Shown: positions 30,635 through 38,608 of the stretch, piece by piece | How positions within the stretch are numbered: position 1 is the first letter of the stretch | How the letters are laid out: every line of letters starts with the position of its first letter | Notes under the pieces: model-generated | What the model saw: only the letters and a program-made list of their open reading frames with translations | What the model was told of the DNA's origin: nothing | Database searches by the model: none | Made by a program: the position numbers and the translations under genes | Source of the DNA: Bacteroidaceae bacterium | GTDB taxonomy: Bacteria; Bacteroidota; Bacteroidia; Bacteroidales; Bacteroidaceae | Reading direction: 5' to 3' | Length of the DNA stretch: 64,000 nucleotides | Assembly (NCBI GenBank): GCA_024398475.1 | Contig: JAKSJB010000005.1 | Span: forward strand, 2,182-66,181

Positions 30635-30669
30635 CTTGTTGACTTGTAGACTTGTAGACTCGTAGACTC
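30635..30669. repeat. CTYGTWGA 8-mer word array
   Basis: The sequence CTTGTTGACTTGTAGACTTGTAGACTCGTAGACTC lies just downstream of the stop codon. Confidence 0.8.
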
Positions 30670-30776
30670 ATCATTAACAAAAAAACAAATAACATGGATT
30701 CAGACAGTTATCCCGCGACAAAGCGGATTATGAGACAGCAACCATATTGTTCAACCACTAATACCCCGGAAGCAAT

Positions 30777-31835
30777 ATGGCATTGATTTTAATTTACATG
30801 GGAGCAGCCCTGCTGATTTCAGCAATATGTTCAGTATTGGAAGCCACCCTACTTTCCACACCTATGTCATACATCACCTCACTGGAGATGCAGGGAAAGA
30901 AAGGAGCAGCCCAACTGAAGAAATTCAAGCAAAACACAGACCGACCTATTTCTGCCATACTTATCCTGAACACTATCGCCAACACGGTAGGAGCCTCACT
31001 TGTAGGTTCACAGGCAGCAGAATATGCAGCACAAAACGGATATCAACACGAGACCACCATAGGTATAGTATCCGCAGTATTCACCTTGCTGGTACTTACC
31101 TTTGCAGAAATCATACCGAAGACCATAGGTTCCAATTTCTGGAGAAGACTCGCCCTGCCGGCATCATCAGTAATACGCATACTGGTGATTTTGGCATTTC
31201 CCCTCGTATTCATACTCGAGAAACTCACCCATCTCATATCCAACAAGTCCGACAAACTTTCAGTAAGCCGTGAGGAAGTATCGGCAATGGTAACAGTAGG
31301 AGCAGAAGAAGGAGTACTTGAGAAGGAAGAAAACAAGATGATTCAGAACCTGCTGAAACTCGATGAAATCACAGCACACGAAATCATGACACCAAGCGTA
31401 GTCGTGTCAATGGCAGACAGCAGTATGACATTGGGAGAATTCTATAAGACAGAAGAGTACAAGAACTTCTCACGCATACCCATCTATGACGACGACAACA
31501 GCGACTACATCACCGGATACGTATTGCGCCAGACAATTCTCGAACGTCTGGCAGAAGACAAGTTCAATGTAAGGCTCAAGACACTTGCACGCCCAATCCT
31601 GTCGTTTACCGAAACGGAATCAGTAGGAAACATCTGGGAACAACTGCTTGCCAAGAAGGAACACATATCCATAATAATCGACGAATACGGAAGCCTGCGA
31701 GGAATCGTCACACTCGAAGACGTCATCGAAACCATGCTGGGATTCGAGATAGTCGATGAAAAGGACAAGGTAGTCGACATGCAGGAATATGCCAAGGCAC
31801 AGTGGAAGAAGATGCAGAAGAAACAGACCAAATAG
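30777..31835 (+). CDS. CNNM/DUF21 plus CBS-pair transporter (HlyC/CorC family)
   Basis: It has an N-terminal DUF21 membrane domain, then tandem CBS domains (EIMTP...). Confidence 0.8.
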   Translation: MALILIYMGAALLISAICSVLEATLLSTPMSYITSLEMQGKKGAAQLKKFKQNTDRPISAILILNTIANTVGASLVGSQAAEYAAQNGYQHETTIGIVSAVFTLLVLTFAEIIPKTIGSNFWRRLALPASSVIRILVILAFPLVFILEKLTHLISNKSDKLSVSREEVSAMVTVGAEEGVLEKEENKMIQNLLKLDEITAHEIMTPSVVVSMADSSMTLGEFYKTEEYKNFSRIPIYDDDNSDYITGYVLRQTILERLAEDKFNVRLKTLARPILSFTETESVGNIWEQLLAKKEHISIIIDEYGSLRGIVTLEDVIETMLGFEIVDEKDKVVDMQEYAKAQWKKMQKKQTK

Positions 31836-31867
31836 CCGCAGTCACGGCAGCAACGGTTCAGGAAAAC

Positions 31868-31904
31868 AAAAAAGGGAAACGCTTCATTGCATTTCCCTTT
31901 TTTT
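31868..31904. terminator. bidirectional terminator hairpin
   Basis: AAAAAAGGGAAA and TTTCCCTTTTTT flank a 12-nt loop. An A-run precedes and a T-run follows the hairpin, which sits between the convergent CNNM gene and tRNA-Cys. Confidence 0.7.
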
Positions 31905-31908
31905 CGTG

Positions 31909-31980
31909 AGGTCGGTACCCGATTCGAACGGGTGTAGACGGTTTTGCAGACCGTTGACTAAGCCTCTCATCCAACCGACC
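31909..31980 (-). tRNA. tRNA-Cys (anticodon GCA)
   Basis: I hand-folded it. The 7-bp acceptor is GGTCGGT/ACCGACC, the anticodon stem is ACGGT/ACCGT with loop CTGCAAA, the T-arm is ACCCG-TTCGAAT-CGGGT, and the D-stem has 3 bp. CCA is not encoded. Confidence 0.85.
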
Positions 31981-32070
31981 ATTTTGCTTTTGCGGGTGCA
32001 AAGGTATATGTTTTTTTCGGATTTGCAAAATTTTTTGGCAAGAATTATGCCAATAAAGTAATGTTTTTGT

Positions 32071-32078
32071 TATCTTTG
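32071..32078 (+). promoter_or_regulatory. -7 box TATCTTTG for tilS
   Basis: This is an exact TAnnTTTG, 21 nt upstream of ATG 32099. Confidence 0.5.
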
Positions 32079-32098
32079 CAGTGTTAATACTACGATTA

Positions 32099-33442
32099 AT
32101 GGCAAAAAACTCAAAAATATTCAGGAAAAAGGTAGAACAGTTCATCGAAGAAAAGTCATTGATGAACCCCTCCGACATGATACTTGTAGCCCTAAGCGGC
32201 GGCAGCGATTCAGTATGCCTTCTCCATGTCCTGAAGTCATTGGGATACCGACTCGCCGCACTGCATTGCAACTTCAGGCTGAGAGGCGTGGAAAGCGAGC
32301 GCGACGAAAGATTCGTGAGAGAGTTGTGCCAGTCATTGGAAGTACCGCTCACCGTGAAGGATTTCAACACCTCAGAATATGCCACCCGGAAAAAGATAAG
32401 TATAGAGATGGCAGCACGCGAACTCAGGTACGCCTTCTTTGAAGAAGAACGAATCCGACAGGGAGCCGATGCGATAGCAGTAGCACATCATATCGACGAC
32501 AACACCGAAACCTTTATCCTGAATGCAATCAGAGGAACCGGAATACGCGGATTGGCAGCCATTCAGCCACGCAACGGCAGAATCGTCAGACCGCTGCTGT
32601 GCGTCACACATACCGAAATCCTGGAAGAGTTGAGAGAATGCAGCATGGAGTACGTCACCGACAGCACCAATCTCGAAGACCGTTACAGCCGCAATAAAGT
32701 ACGCCTGAACATCATGCCGATGATGAAGGAAATCAACCCATCAGCACCGACCAACATCATGACAACCATCGAAAACATGCAGGAGATGCTGAAAATCTAC
32801 GAAGGATACACCCAGGCAGCCATAAGCAGATGCGTCAGCAGGAAGAACGGAAACCTCGTGATTGATATTTCCGAATTGAAGGAAAGCACCTCACCGATAT
32901 CAGTACTCCATGAAGTGATGTCCCCCCTTGGATTCAACCGGAACCAGCAACTCAGCATACTCCAATCCGAAGAATCCGGCAGGACATTCCAATCAATCCA
33001 GAATGAAGACAGGGAAATAGCCTATACCGCACTAATTGACCGCGGAACCATCATCATACGGAAAGCAGGTAACGGCAGCACACCACCCGTAGCACTATCC
33101 CAATATACAGATATAGCAACCGAAGAAGCAACACCGCCCATAGACATCAACCCCTCCCCACTCTACGCATACATCGATGCCGACAAGATAAAGGGAGAAC
33201 TCCACGTCCGTTCCGTCAAGCCCGGCGACCGATTCCAACCCTTCGGCATGAAAGGGAAGAAACTGGTAAGCGACTATCTCACCGACCGCAGGATGTCACT
33301 CTTCGACAAGGAACGGCAATTGGTAGTATGCGATTCCCAGTCCATCGTATGGCTCGTAGGCCAACGCAGTTCCGAACAGCATCGGGTAGATACCACCACA
33401 CGGCGCGTAATAATCCTAAAATGGCAAAAGAATGAAGACTGA
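32099..33442 (+). CDS. tilS: tRNA(Ile)-lysidine synthetase
   Basis: The PP-loop SGGSDS is present (LVALSGGSDSVCL), followed by a TilS-type C-terminal domain. Confidence 0.9.
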   Translation: MAKNSKIFRKKVEQFIEEKSLMNPSDMILVALSGGSDSVCLLHVLKSLGYRLAALHCNFRLRGVESERDERFVRELCQSLEVPLTVKDFNTSEYATRKKISIEMAARELRYAFFEEERIRQGADAIAVAHHIDDNTETFILNAIRGTGIRGLAAIQPRNGRIVRPLLCVTHTEILEELRECSMEYVTDSTNLEDRYSRNKVRLNIMPMMKEINPSAPTNIMTTIENMQEMLKIYEGYTQAAISRCVSRKNGNLVIDISELKESTSPISVLHEVMSPLGFNRNQQLSILQSEESGRTFQSIQNEDREIAYTALIDRGTIIIRKAGNGSTPPVALSQYTDIATEEATPPIDINPSPLYAYIDADKIKGELHVRSVKPGDRFQPFGMKGKKLVSDYLTDRRMSLFDKERQLVVCDSQSIVWLVGQRSSEQHRVDTTTRRVIILKWQKNED

Positions 33443-34685
33443 CACCGGCAGCAATACAGACAACCGTTCACCATACCTGTGGCGAAACTCCAACTACGTG
33501 AAGGTACTTGCAGCAAACTTCCTGCTCTACTTCTCCTTCATGCTCCTCACCCCCCTGCTCCCCCTCTATCTGAAAGACACCTTCGGAGCCGACAAGGACA
33601 TGATAGGATTCGTACTCTCAGGCTACACGCTCATGTGCCTCATAGTCCGTCCGTTCAGCGGATACATCGTCGACAGTTTTCCCCGCAAGATAGTACTGCT
33701 CATCTGCAACTTCCTGTTTTTTCTCCTGTTTGCAGGCTATCTCGTAGCAGGAAGCATCACCCTCTTCGCCATCTTCCGCACACTCCACGGAGGACCGTTC
33801 GGAGCAACCACCGTAGCAGCAAGTACGGTAGCCATCGATGTGTTGCATCCGTCACGCAGAGGCGAAGGCATAGGCTACTACGGACTCAGCAACAACCTCG
33901 CCACAGCCATCGGACCCACCGTGGCAATATACCTGCTCCACGCCTTCGACAGTTACACCCTACTCTTCTGGATAAGCATCATCTGCTCCCTGCTCGGAGT
34001 ACTGCTTGAAGTAACAATCAAGGTACCCGACCAGCCACGCAGGTCAAATGCCGGACAGGCAGACACCGACTCCACGGCAGGCGAAAGCAGGCAATCCATG
34101 CTGCGCCTCGACCGATTCTTCCTAATCAAGGGATGGAGCGAAGGACTCACCATGGCATGCTTCGCCTTCTCCTACGGAGTACTGTCCACCTACCTAGCCA
34201 TCTACGGCAAGGAAGAACTGGGCATCACGAGCGGATCAGGACTCTTCTTTACACTCCTCGCCTCCGGACTCATGCTGTCACGGCTCACCGGAGCCAAGGC
34301 ACTCAGCCGCGGAGAAGTAGCAAGGAACGCCACCGAAGGAATATGTGTATCATTCTTTGGCTACCTCCTCTTTGCAGCCCTCCACAACGCATGGGGATTC
34401 TACGGAGCAGCCATAATCATCGGTCTGGGCAACGGACACATGTACCCAGCCATACAGACCATGTTCATCAACCTGGCACCCCACACACAGCGCGGAACAG
34501 CCAACTCCACGATACTCACCTCCTGGGACGTCGGTTTCGGCATCGGAGTACTGCTCGGAGGACTGCTCGCCGAAAACATCAGTTACGGTTCAGCATTCTG
34601 GGCAGCATGGATAGTCAACGCCATGGGAGCCGCCTTCTACTTCGCATACACACGCAGTCATTTCAATAAAAACAAACTAAGATAA
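33432..34685 (+). CDS. MFS transporter
   Basis: It shows a 12-TM pattern with MFS motif A-like loops. It overlaps the tilS stop by 11 nt. Confidence 0.8.
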   Translation: MKTDTGSNTDNRSPYLWRNSNYVKVLAANFLLYFSFMLLTPLLPLYLKDTFGADKDMIGFVLSGYTLMCLIVRPFSGYIVDSFPRKIVLLICNFLFFLLFAGYLVAGSITLFAIFRTLHGGPFGATTVAASTVAIDVLHPSRRGEGIGYYGLSNNLATAIGPTVAIYLLHAFDSYTLLFWISIICSLLGVLLEVTIKVPDQPRRSNAGQADTDSTAGESRQSMLRLDRFFLIKGWSEGLTMACFAFSYGVLSTYLAIYGKEELGITSGSGLFFTLLASGLMLSRLTGAKALSRGEVARNATEGICVSFFGYLLFAALHNAWGFYGAAIIIGLGNGHMYPAIQTMFINLAPHTQRGTANSTILTSWDVGFGIGVLLGGLLAENISYGSAFWAAWIVNAMGAAFYFAYTRSHFNKNKLR

Positions 34686-34691
34686 AAGACC

Positions 34692-36068
34692 ATGTTCAGC
34701 AAGCAAACCTACATCAACCGCCGACAGACACTCAAGGAAAAAGTCGGCAGCGGCATCATTCTGATATTCGGACACAATGATGCACCGTCAAATTACCCCA
34801 ACAATGCCTACATGTTCCGTCAGGACTCATCCTTCATGTACTATTTCGGTCAGCACCGCGACGGACTCGTAGGAGTCATCGACATAGACAATGACAGGGA
34901 ATACCTCGTCGGCAACGACATCGACATTGACGACGTCATCTGGACAGGCTTCGTACCCTCCGTACACGACCTGGCAGAAGAAGTAGGAATCCACGATACA
35001 GCACCGATGGACAGGTTGAAGCATATAATCGGCACAGCCACCGAAATCCACTACCTCCCACCATGCCGCCACGACATCATGATACAGATAGGCGACCTTC
35101 TCGGCATCCATCCCGCCAAGGTACGCGAATCAGCATCCCTGCGGCTCATAAAGGCAGTAGTAGATATGCGGGCCGTGAAGACCGACGAAGAAATCGAGGA
35201 AATAGAAAAATCCATCACCGTAGGCTACAGGATGCACACCGCAGCCATGAAAGCCTGCAACCCCGGAGTATCCGAAAGTTACATAGGCGGAGTACTCGCA
35301 GGAATAGCCCAGAGTTATGCCTACCGTGAATCCTTCCCGTCCATCGTCACCATGCACGGAGAAATCATGCACAGCAATCCATCCACCCAGCCACTTGAAG
35401 CCGGACGCCTCCTCCTCTGCGATGCAGGAGCCGAAAGCATCGACGGATACTGCTCCGACCACACACGCGTGACACCAATAAGCGGAAAGTTCACACAGCA
35501 GCAGCGCGACATCTACACCATCGTAGAAGCATGCCACGACCTCGTAATCGAGAAAGCCCATCCAGGCATGAAATGGCTCGACATGCACCTCGACGTATGC
35601 CGACTTATGGCAACACGCCTCACCGACCTCGGACTCATGAAAGGCAACCCCGAAGAAGCAGTACGCGCAGGAGCCCACACCTTGTTCCTCCCCCACGGAC
35701 TCGGACACATGATGGGCATGGACGTACACGACATGGAAGGACTCGGACAGATCCACGTAGGATTTGACGACGAAGTACGACCATCCACCGAATTCGGACT
35801 CGAATGCCTGCGATGCGGACGACGCGTCCAACCAGGATGGGTAATGACCGACGAACCAGGCATCTACTTCATACCGATGCTCATCGACAAGTGGAAGGCA
35901 GAAGGCAAGTACCTCGACTTCCTCAACTACGACCGGATAGAACAGTTCCGCAACTTCGGCGGCATCCGCATCGAAGACGACATACTCATCACCGACACCG
36001 GCTGCCGAGTACTCGGCAAGGAAACCATCCCATACCACATCGACGACGTCGAAGACTTCATCAGTTAA
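34692..36068 (+). CDS. pepP: Xaa-Pro aminopeptidase (M24B)
   Basis: The M24 metal ligand pattern is present (DAGAE..., HGLGHMMGMDVHD, EPG.Y, IRIEDD). Confidence 0.85.
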   Translation: MFSKQTYINRRQTLKEKVGSGIILIFGHNDAPSNYPNNAYMFRQDSSFMYYFGQHRDGLVGVIDIDNDREYLVGNDIDIDDVIWTGFVPSVHDLAEEVGIHDTAPMDRLKHIIGTATEIHYLPPCRHDIMIQIGDLLGIHPAKVRESASLRLIKAVVDMRAVKTDEEIEEIEKSITVGYRMHTAAMKACNPGVSESYIGGVLAGIAQSYAYRESFPSIVTMHGEIMHSNPSTQPLEAGRLLLCDAGAESIDGYCSDHTRVTPISGKFTQQQRDIYTIVEACHDLVIEKAHPGMKWLDMHLDVCRLMATRLTDLGLMKGNPEEAVRAGAHTLFLPHGLGHMMGMDVHDMEGLGQIHVGFDDEVRPSTEFGLECLRCGRRVQPGWVMTDEPGIYFIPMLIDKWKAEGKYLDFLNYDRIEQFRNFGGIRIEDDILITDTGCRVLGKETIPYHIDDVEDFIS

Positions 36069-36080
36069 GGCATTCAGCCC

Positions 36081-36158
36081 TTTGCGTTTGCGTAGGCGTA
36101 GCCTTTTGCGTTTGCGTTATCGTTTGCGTAGGCGTAGCCTTTTGCGTTTGCGTTTAAC
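36081..36158. repeat. GCGTTTGCGT word array (reverse orientation of the AACGCAAACGC family)
   Basis: GCGTAGGCGTAGCCTTTTGCGTTTGCGTT occurs twice, 35 nt apart. It is the reverse complement of blocks at 52893-52990, 54665-54728, 55614-55756 and 58881-59024. Confidence 0.85.
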
Positions 36159-36180
36159 CGTTGCGCGGATTTTGAAGTTC

Positions 36181-36336
36181 ACTCTTCACCAAATGTGGCT
36201 GAGAGCACTTATTCATCGGCGTTTCAATGTAGTGAAGAGTCAGTTGTTGCTCTTCACTACTCTTCATTGACTCTTCACCATGCTGAGGACCATTATTCAT
36301 GGGCATTTTAGGCATGTTTAGTGAAGAGTGAAGAGT
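36181..36336. repeat. two tandem ACTCTTCAC...GTGAAGAGT hairpin units
   Basis: The units are 36181-36240 and 36270-36329. Each has a 9-bp stem, and their 42-nt loops are related (..TTATTCATSGGC.TTT..). Confidence 0.75.
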
Positions 36337-36730
36337 ATTTATATTTCTATGTACTTACTGGAATCAGCACGCATTTCCCCTCATTAGCCTACCATATTGC
36401 ATTTCCATCCCAAAGTGTCCATTTTCGCCCCACCCCATCATCGTGACATCAATTTTACACACAGCTGATACACAGTGTTTTATATCAAAGAAACACCCAT
36501 ATCCGTTATACTCACCTCATAAGTCCGTAACAGGCCAGTTATAAGTCAGTACTTAGTCAGTAATGAAAGCCAAATTACGCTGGAAGTAAAATTACACATA
36601 AAACGTGCGTAATGTTTTCCTCTCATATGCAATATTTGAGGTTGATTATTGGGATATGACTACTTGTACTATTTACCTACATTTTTACTTTGCTTTTTAT
36701 TTACTTTTCCTACGCTGTTCCTTTGCTCAT

Positions 36731-36894
36731 CCTCCGCTGATCCTCCGCTGCTCCTATGCTCTTCCTCCACACCAAACTCGAACCAAACTCGATGCAAATT
36801 CGAACTGGCTCTGCTATTTTATCGACTTTGGTTCGAGTTTGGTTCGAATTTGCTTCGAGTTTGCAACGGACTTATTGCGGAGGTACAGCGGAGG
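36731..36894. repeat. long imperfect palindrome of CCTCCGCTG and CAAACTCGAAC words
   Basis: The left arm is 36731-36805 and the right arm is 36831-36894. By hand, about 27 of 34 positions match in the inner arms. Confidence 0.7.
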
Positions 36895-37066
36895 TAAAGC
36901 AGAGGTAAAGCAGAGCATTTTATTACCTATTTTACTATTTTGTACCACATGGCACAATGGCACAACTGGCGCAAACAACGTTCTGTTGCATAAACCTCCA
37001 AACAAGAAAATGAAACAAATTTGAATTTTTTTGTGCAAAATATGTTTTGATTAAAATAATTTTACT

Positions 37067-37074
37067 TATCTTTG
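37067..37074 (+). promoter_or_regulatory. orphan -7 box TATCTTTG
   Basis: This is an exact TAnnTTTG with no ORF for about 480 nt downstream. It is followed by the CCTCCG-GGAGAAAT-CGGAGG hairpin. Confidence 0.4.
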
Positions 37075-37519
37075 CAACATCCTCCGGGAGAAATCGGAGG
37101 TGGAAGGCGTATTTGCTTTCTCCTTATGACGAATCTGGAAAATTCTTATATATAAGGTCGAGATAGTAATAAGCCTATGTTGGTGTACAAATACAGTATC
37201 TTGCCCACGCATGTCTGTTTTTATACATTCAGCGTGGGTATATTTATTTGTTTCATTCCTTATAGGTTTTTCCAGAGCCCGTCATAGATGAACGAATATG
37301 TTCCCGCGCTTTCTTATGGTTAAACCTTTAACACTCGTCAGGGAACGATGAGTACATATTATTAACCGGCAACAAAACTTACAATACCTAACCTATCACA
37401 AACAATTAACTGCAATTCTAATTGTTCGCATCCCGTATCACAATACGTTATGCACACATTCACCCCATTATTTGTAAATATTTTGTATAATTGATTCCCT
37501 TCCGGAAACATTTGAATGC

Positions 37520-37527
37520 TATCTTTG
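37520..37527 (+). promoter_or_regulatory. -7 box TATCTTTG for the first small-protein gene
   Basis: This is an exact TAnnTTTG, 28 nt upstream of ATG 37555. Confidence 0.5.
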
Positions 37528-37554
37528 CAGTAATCAATCAAAAAATACATTACT

Positions 37555-37776
37555 ATGGCAAGATTCATTATCACAACGAAACGCACGAAAAACAGCAACG
37601 GCATCCGCATAGAGCCAGGCATGTCCGTTGAAGTGGTCACCCAAAGTATAAACAACCCAGTCACCACCAATGGCGGTCAACCAGTAATCGATGCCTTCAT
37701 GCGCATCTACGGCATCGACATCAAGAAAGCCGGATGCTTAAACATGAATGAATTGGATGTTGAAAGAATCAGTTAA
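37555..37776 (+). CDS. conserved small protein, paralog 1 (73 aa)
   Basis: It is 59/72 aa identical to the product of 38380-38598, with many synonymous codon differences. It has its own -7 box. Confidence 0.75.
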   Translation: MARFIITTKRTKNSNGIRIEPGMSVEVVTQSINNPVTTNGGQPVIDAFMRIYGIDIKKAGCLNMNELDVERIS

Positions 37777-37787
37777 ACAATTGAAAT

Positions 37788-37964
37788 ATGCTTCGAGGTA
37801 CAACAACATTTAAGTGCGAAAAGTGCGGCCACAAATTCGTCGGTCCAGATTTCGAATGGAGGGCAACTTCACGAACTGCACCATTAACATGCCCGGAATG
37901 TGGCGGAACAGCATACGCGGTTCACGAAAGTTGGTTGAGAAAGATATCCAAACTATTGAATTAG
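37788..37964 (+). CDS. 58-aa zinc-ribbon-like protein (missed by ORF track)
   Basis: Hand translation gives MLRGTTTFKCEKCGHKFVGPDFEWRATSRTAPLTCPECGGTAYAVHESWLRKISKLLN. It has two CxxC pairs about 24 residues apart and starts 11 nt after the upstream stop. Confidence 0.55.
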   Translation: MLRGTTTFKCEKCGHKFVGPDFEWRATSRTAPLTCPECGGTAYAVHESWLRKISKLLN

Positions 37965-38073
37965 CCGTAACAACAAATCCAACCACTTTACAAACTAATT
38001 TGGTGGATTATTGGAAATTTAATGAGGGCAATGACATTCTTGACCAATAAATGTGAAGTAAAATAGTTCTACT

Positions 38074-38325
38074 ATGGCAACATTCTACTGCGAATACTGC
38101 GGACACAAGTTCGCTGACGTAAGGCAACTTGTAAACAGTACATGCTCAAACCATCCAGATGGTCCCAACAGAGGCAAGCACAAGCTCTACGAAGGAAGGG
38201 AGAAATCAAGTTACCTATGCCGTTTCTGCGGCCGTACTTTCCCCACAATCATGCAGATGGTCTATGCACCTTGCTCATGCCATCCCAAAGGATGCAACAA
38301 AGGACATCATTCACCAGCATTGTAA
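38074..38325 (+). CDS. 83-aa Cys/His-rich protein with internal tandem duplication
   Basis: It contains two ~35-aa repeats of CxxCGxxF(x9)CSxHPxGxNxGxH. Confidence 0.65.
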   Translation: MATFYCEYCGHKFADVRQLVNSTCSNHPDGPNRGKHKLYEGREKSSYLCRFCGRTFPTIMQMVYAPCSCHPKGCNKGHHSPAL

Positions 38326-38332
38326 ATAATTG

Positions 38333-38359
38333 ATGAGCCATTTAAGTGGCCTCATTTGT
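38333..38359 (+). terminator. weak hairpin at the G+C boundary
   Basis: ATGAGCCA (38333-38340) pairs with TGGCCTCAT (38347-38355) in an 8-bp stem with one bulge and a 6-nt loop. It is followed by TTGT only. Confidence 0.3.
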
Positions 38360-38379
38360 AAAACCAAATAATTCTATAT

Positions 38380-38598
38380 ATGGCAAGATTTAAAATTACG
38401 ACAAAACATGTGAAGAACTGCAATGGTATTCGCATTGAGCCAGGAATGTCTGTGGAAGTAATTACGCAGTCTATGAGTAATCCTGTAACCACAAATGGTG
38501 GACAAATCGTTGTTGATGCTTTTTATCGTATCTACGGTATTGACATCAAGAAAGCAGGATGTTTAAGCATGAATGAATTAGATGTAGAACAAATGTAG
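38380..38598 (+). CDS. conserved small protein, paralog 2 (72 aa), first gene of the AT-rich operon
   Basis: It is a paralog of 37555-37776. Its stop lies 10 nt before the next start. Confidence 0.75.
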   Translation: MARFKITTKHVKNCNGIRIEPGMSVEVITQSMSNPVTTNGGQIVVDAFYRIYGIDIKKAGCLSMNELDVEQM

Positions 38599-38608
38599 GC
38601 TTTTACTT

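Noticed and set aside
31858-32385. 175-aa minus-strand ORF.
   Set aside because: It overlaps tRNA-Cys, the bidirectional terminator, and the tilS promoter and 5' end.
35130-36038. 302-aa minus-strand ORF, plus several Arg/His/Pro-rich plus-strand alternative-frame ORFs (33479-34009, 34133-34669, 35063-35329, 35531-35767, 35804-36157).
   Set aside because: They lie entirely inside the well-supported MFS and pepP genes. Their biased, low-complexity composition is typical of off-frame translation of G+C-rich coding DNA.
14045-36760. Composite transposon or invertible segment bounded by the inverted related blocks at 14170-14282 and 36535-36632.
   Set aside because: The intervening 22 kb is mostly core housekeeping genes (asnA, tilS, tRNA-Cys, pepP, the glycogen genes) alongside umuDC. 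Similarity between the blocks is only moderate, and no recombinase gene is present.
36605-37024. ORFs of 139, 82 and 74 aa (36605-37024, 36649-36897, 36814-37038) and 62-117 aa ORFs at 36082-36270 and 35804-36157.
   Set aside because: They run through word repeats and palindromes and translate to repetitive peptides (LRLRYRLRRRSLL etc.). They have no start context.
37362-37670. 102-aa minus-strand ORF. A 62-aa Cys-containing version starting near 37550 was also considered.
   Set aside because: It overlaps the conserved paralog-1 gene and its promoter box on the opposite strand. No promoter or partner gene supports it.
37814-38050. 78-aa GTG-initiated ORF from the track.
   Set aside because: It is out of frame with the 58-aa zinc-ribbon ORF (37788-37964). 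That ORF has paired CxxC motifs and tight coupling to the upstream gene, and I prefer it.
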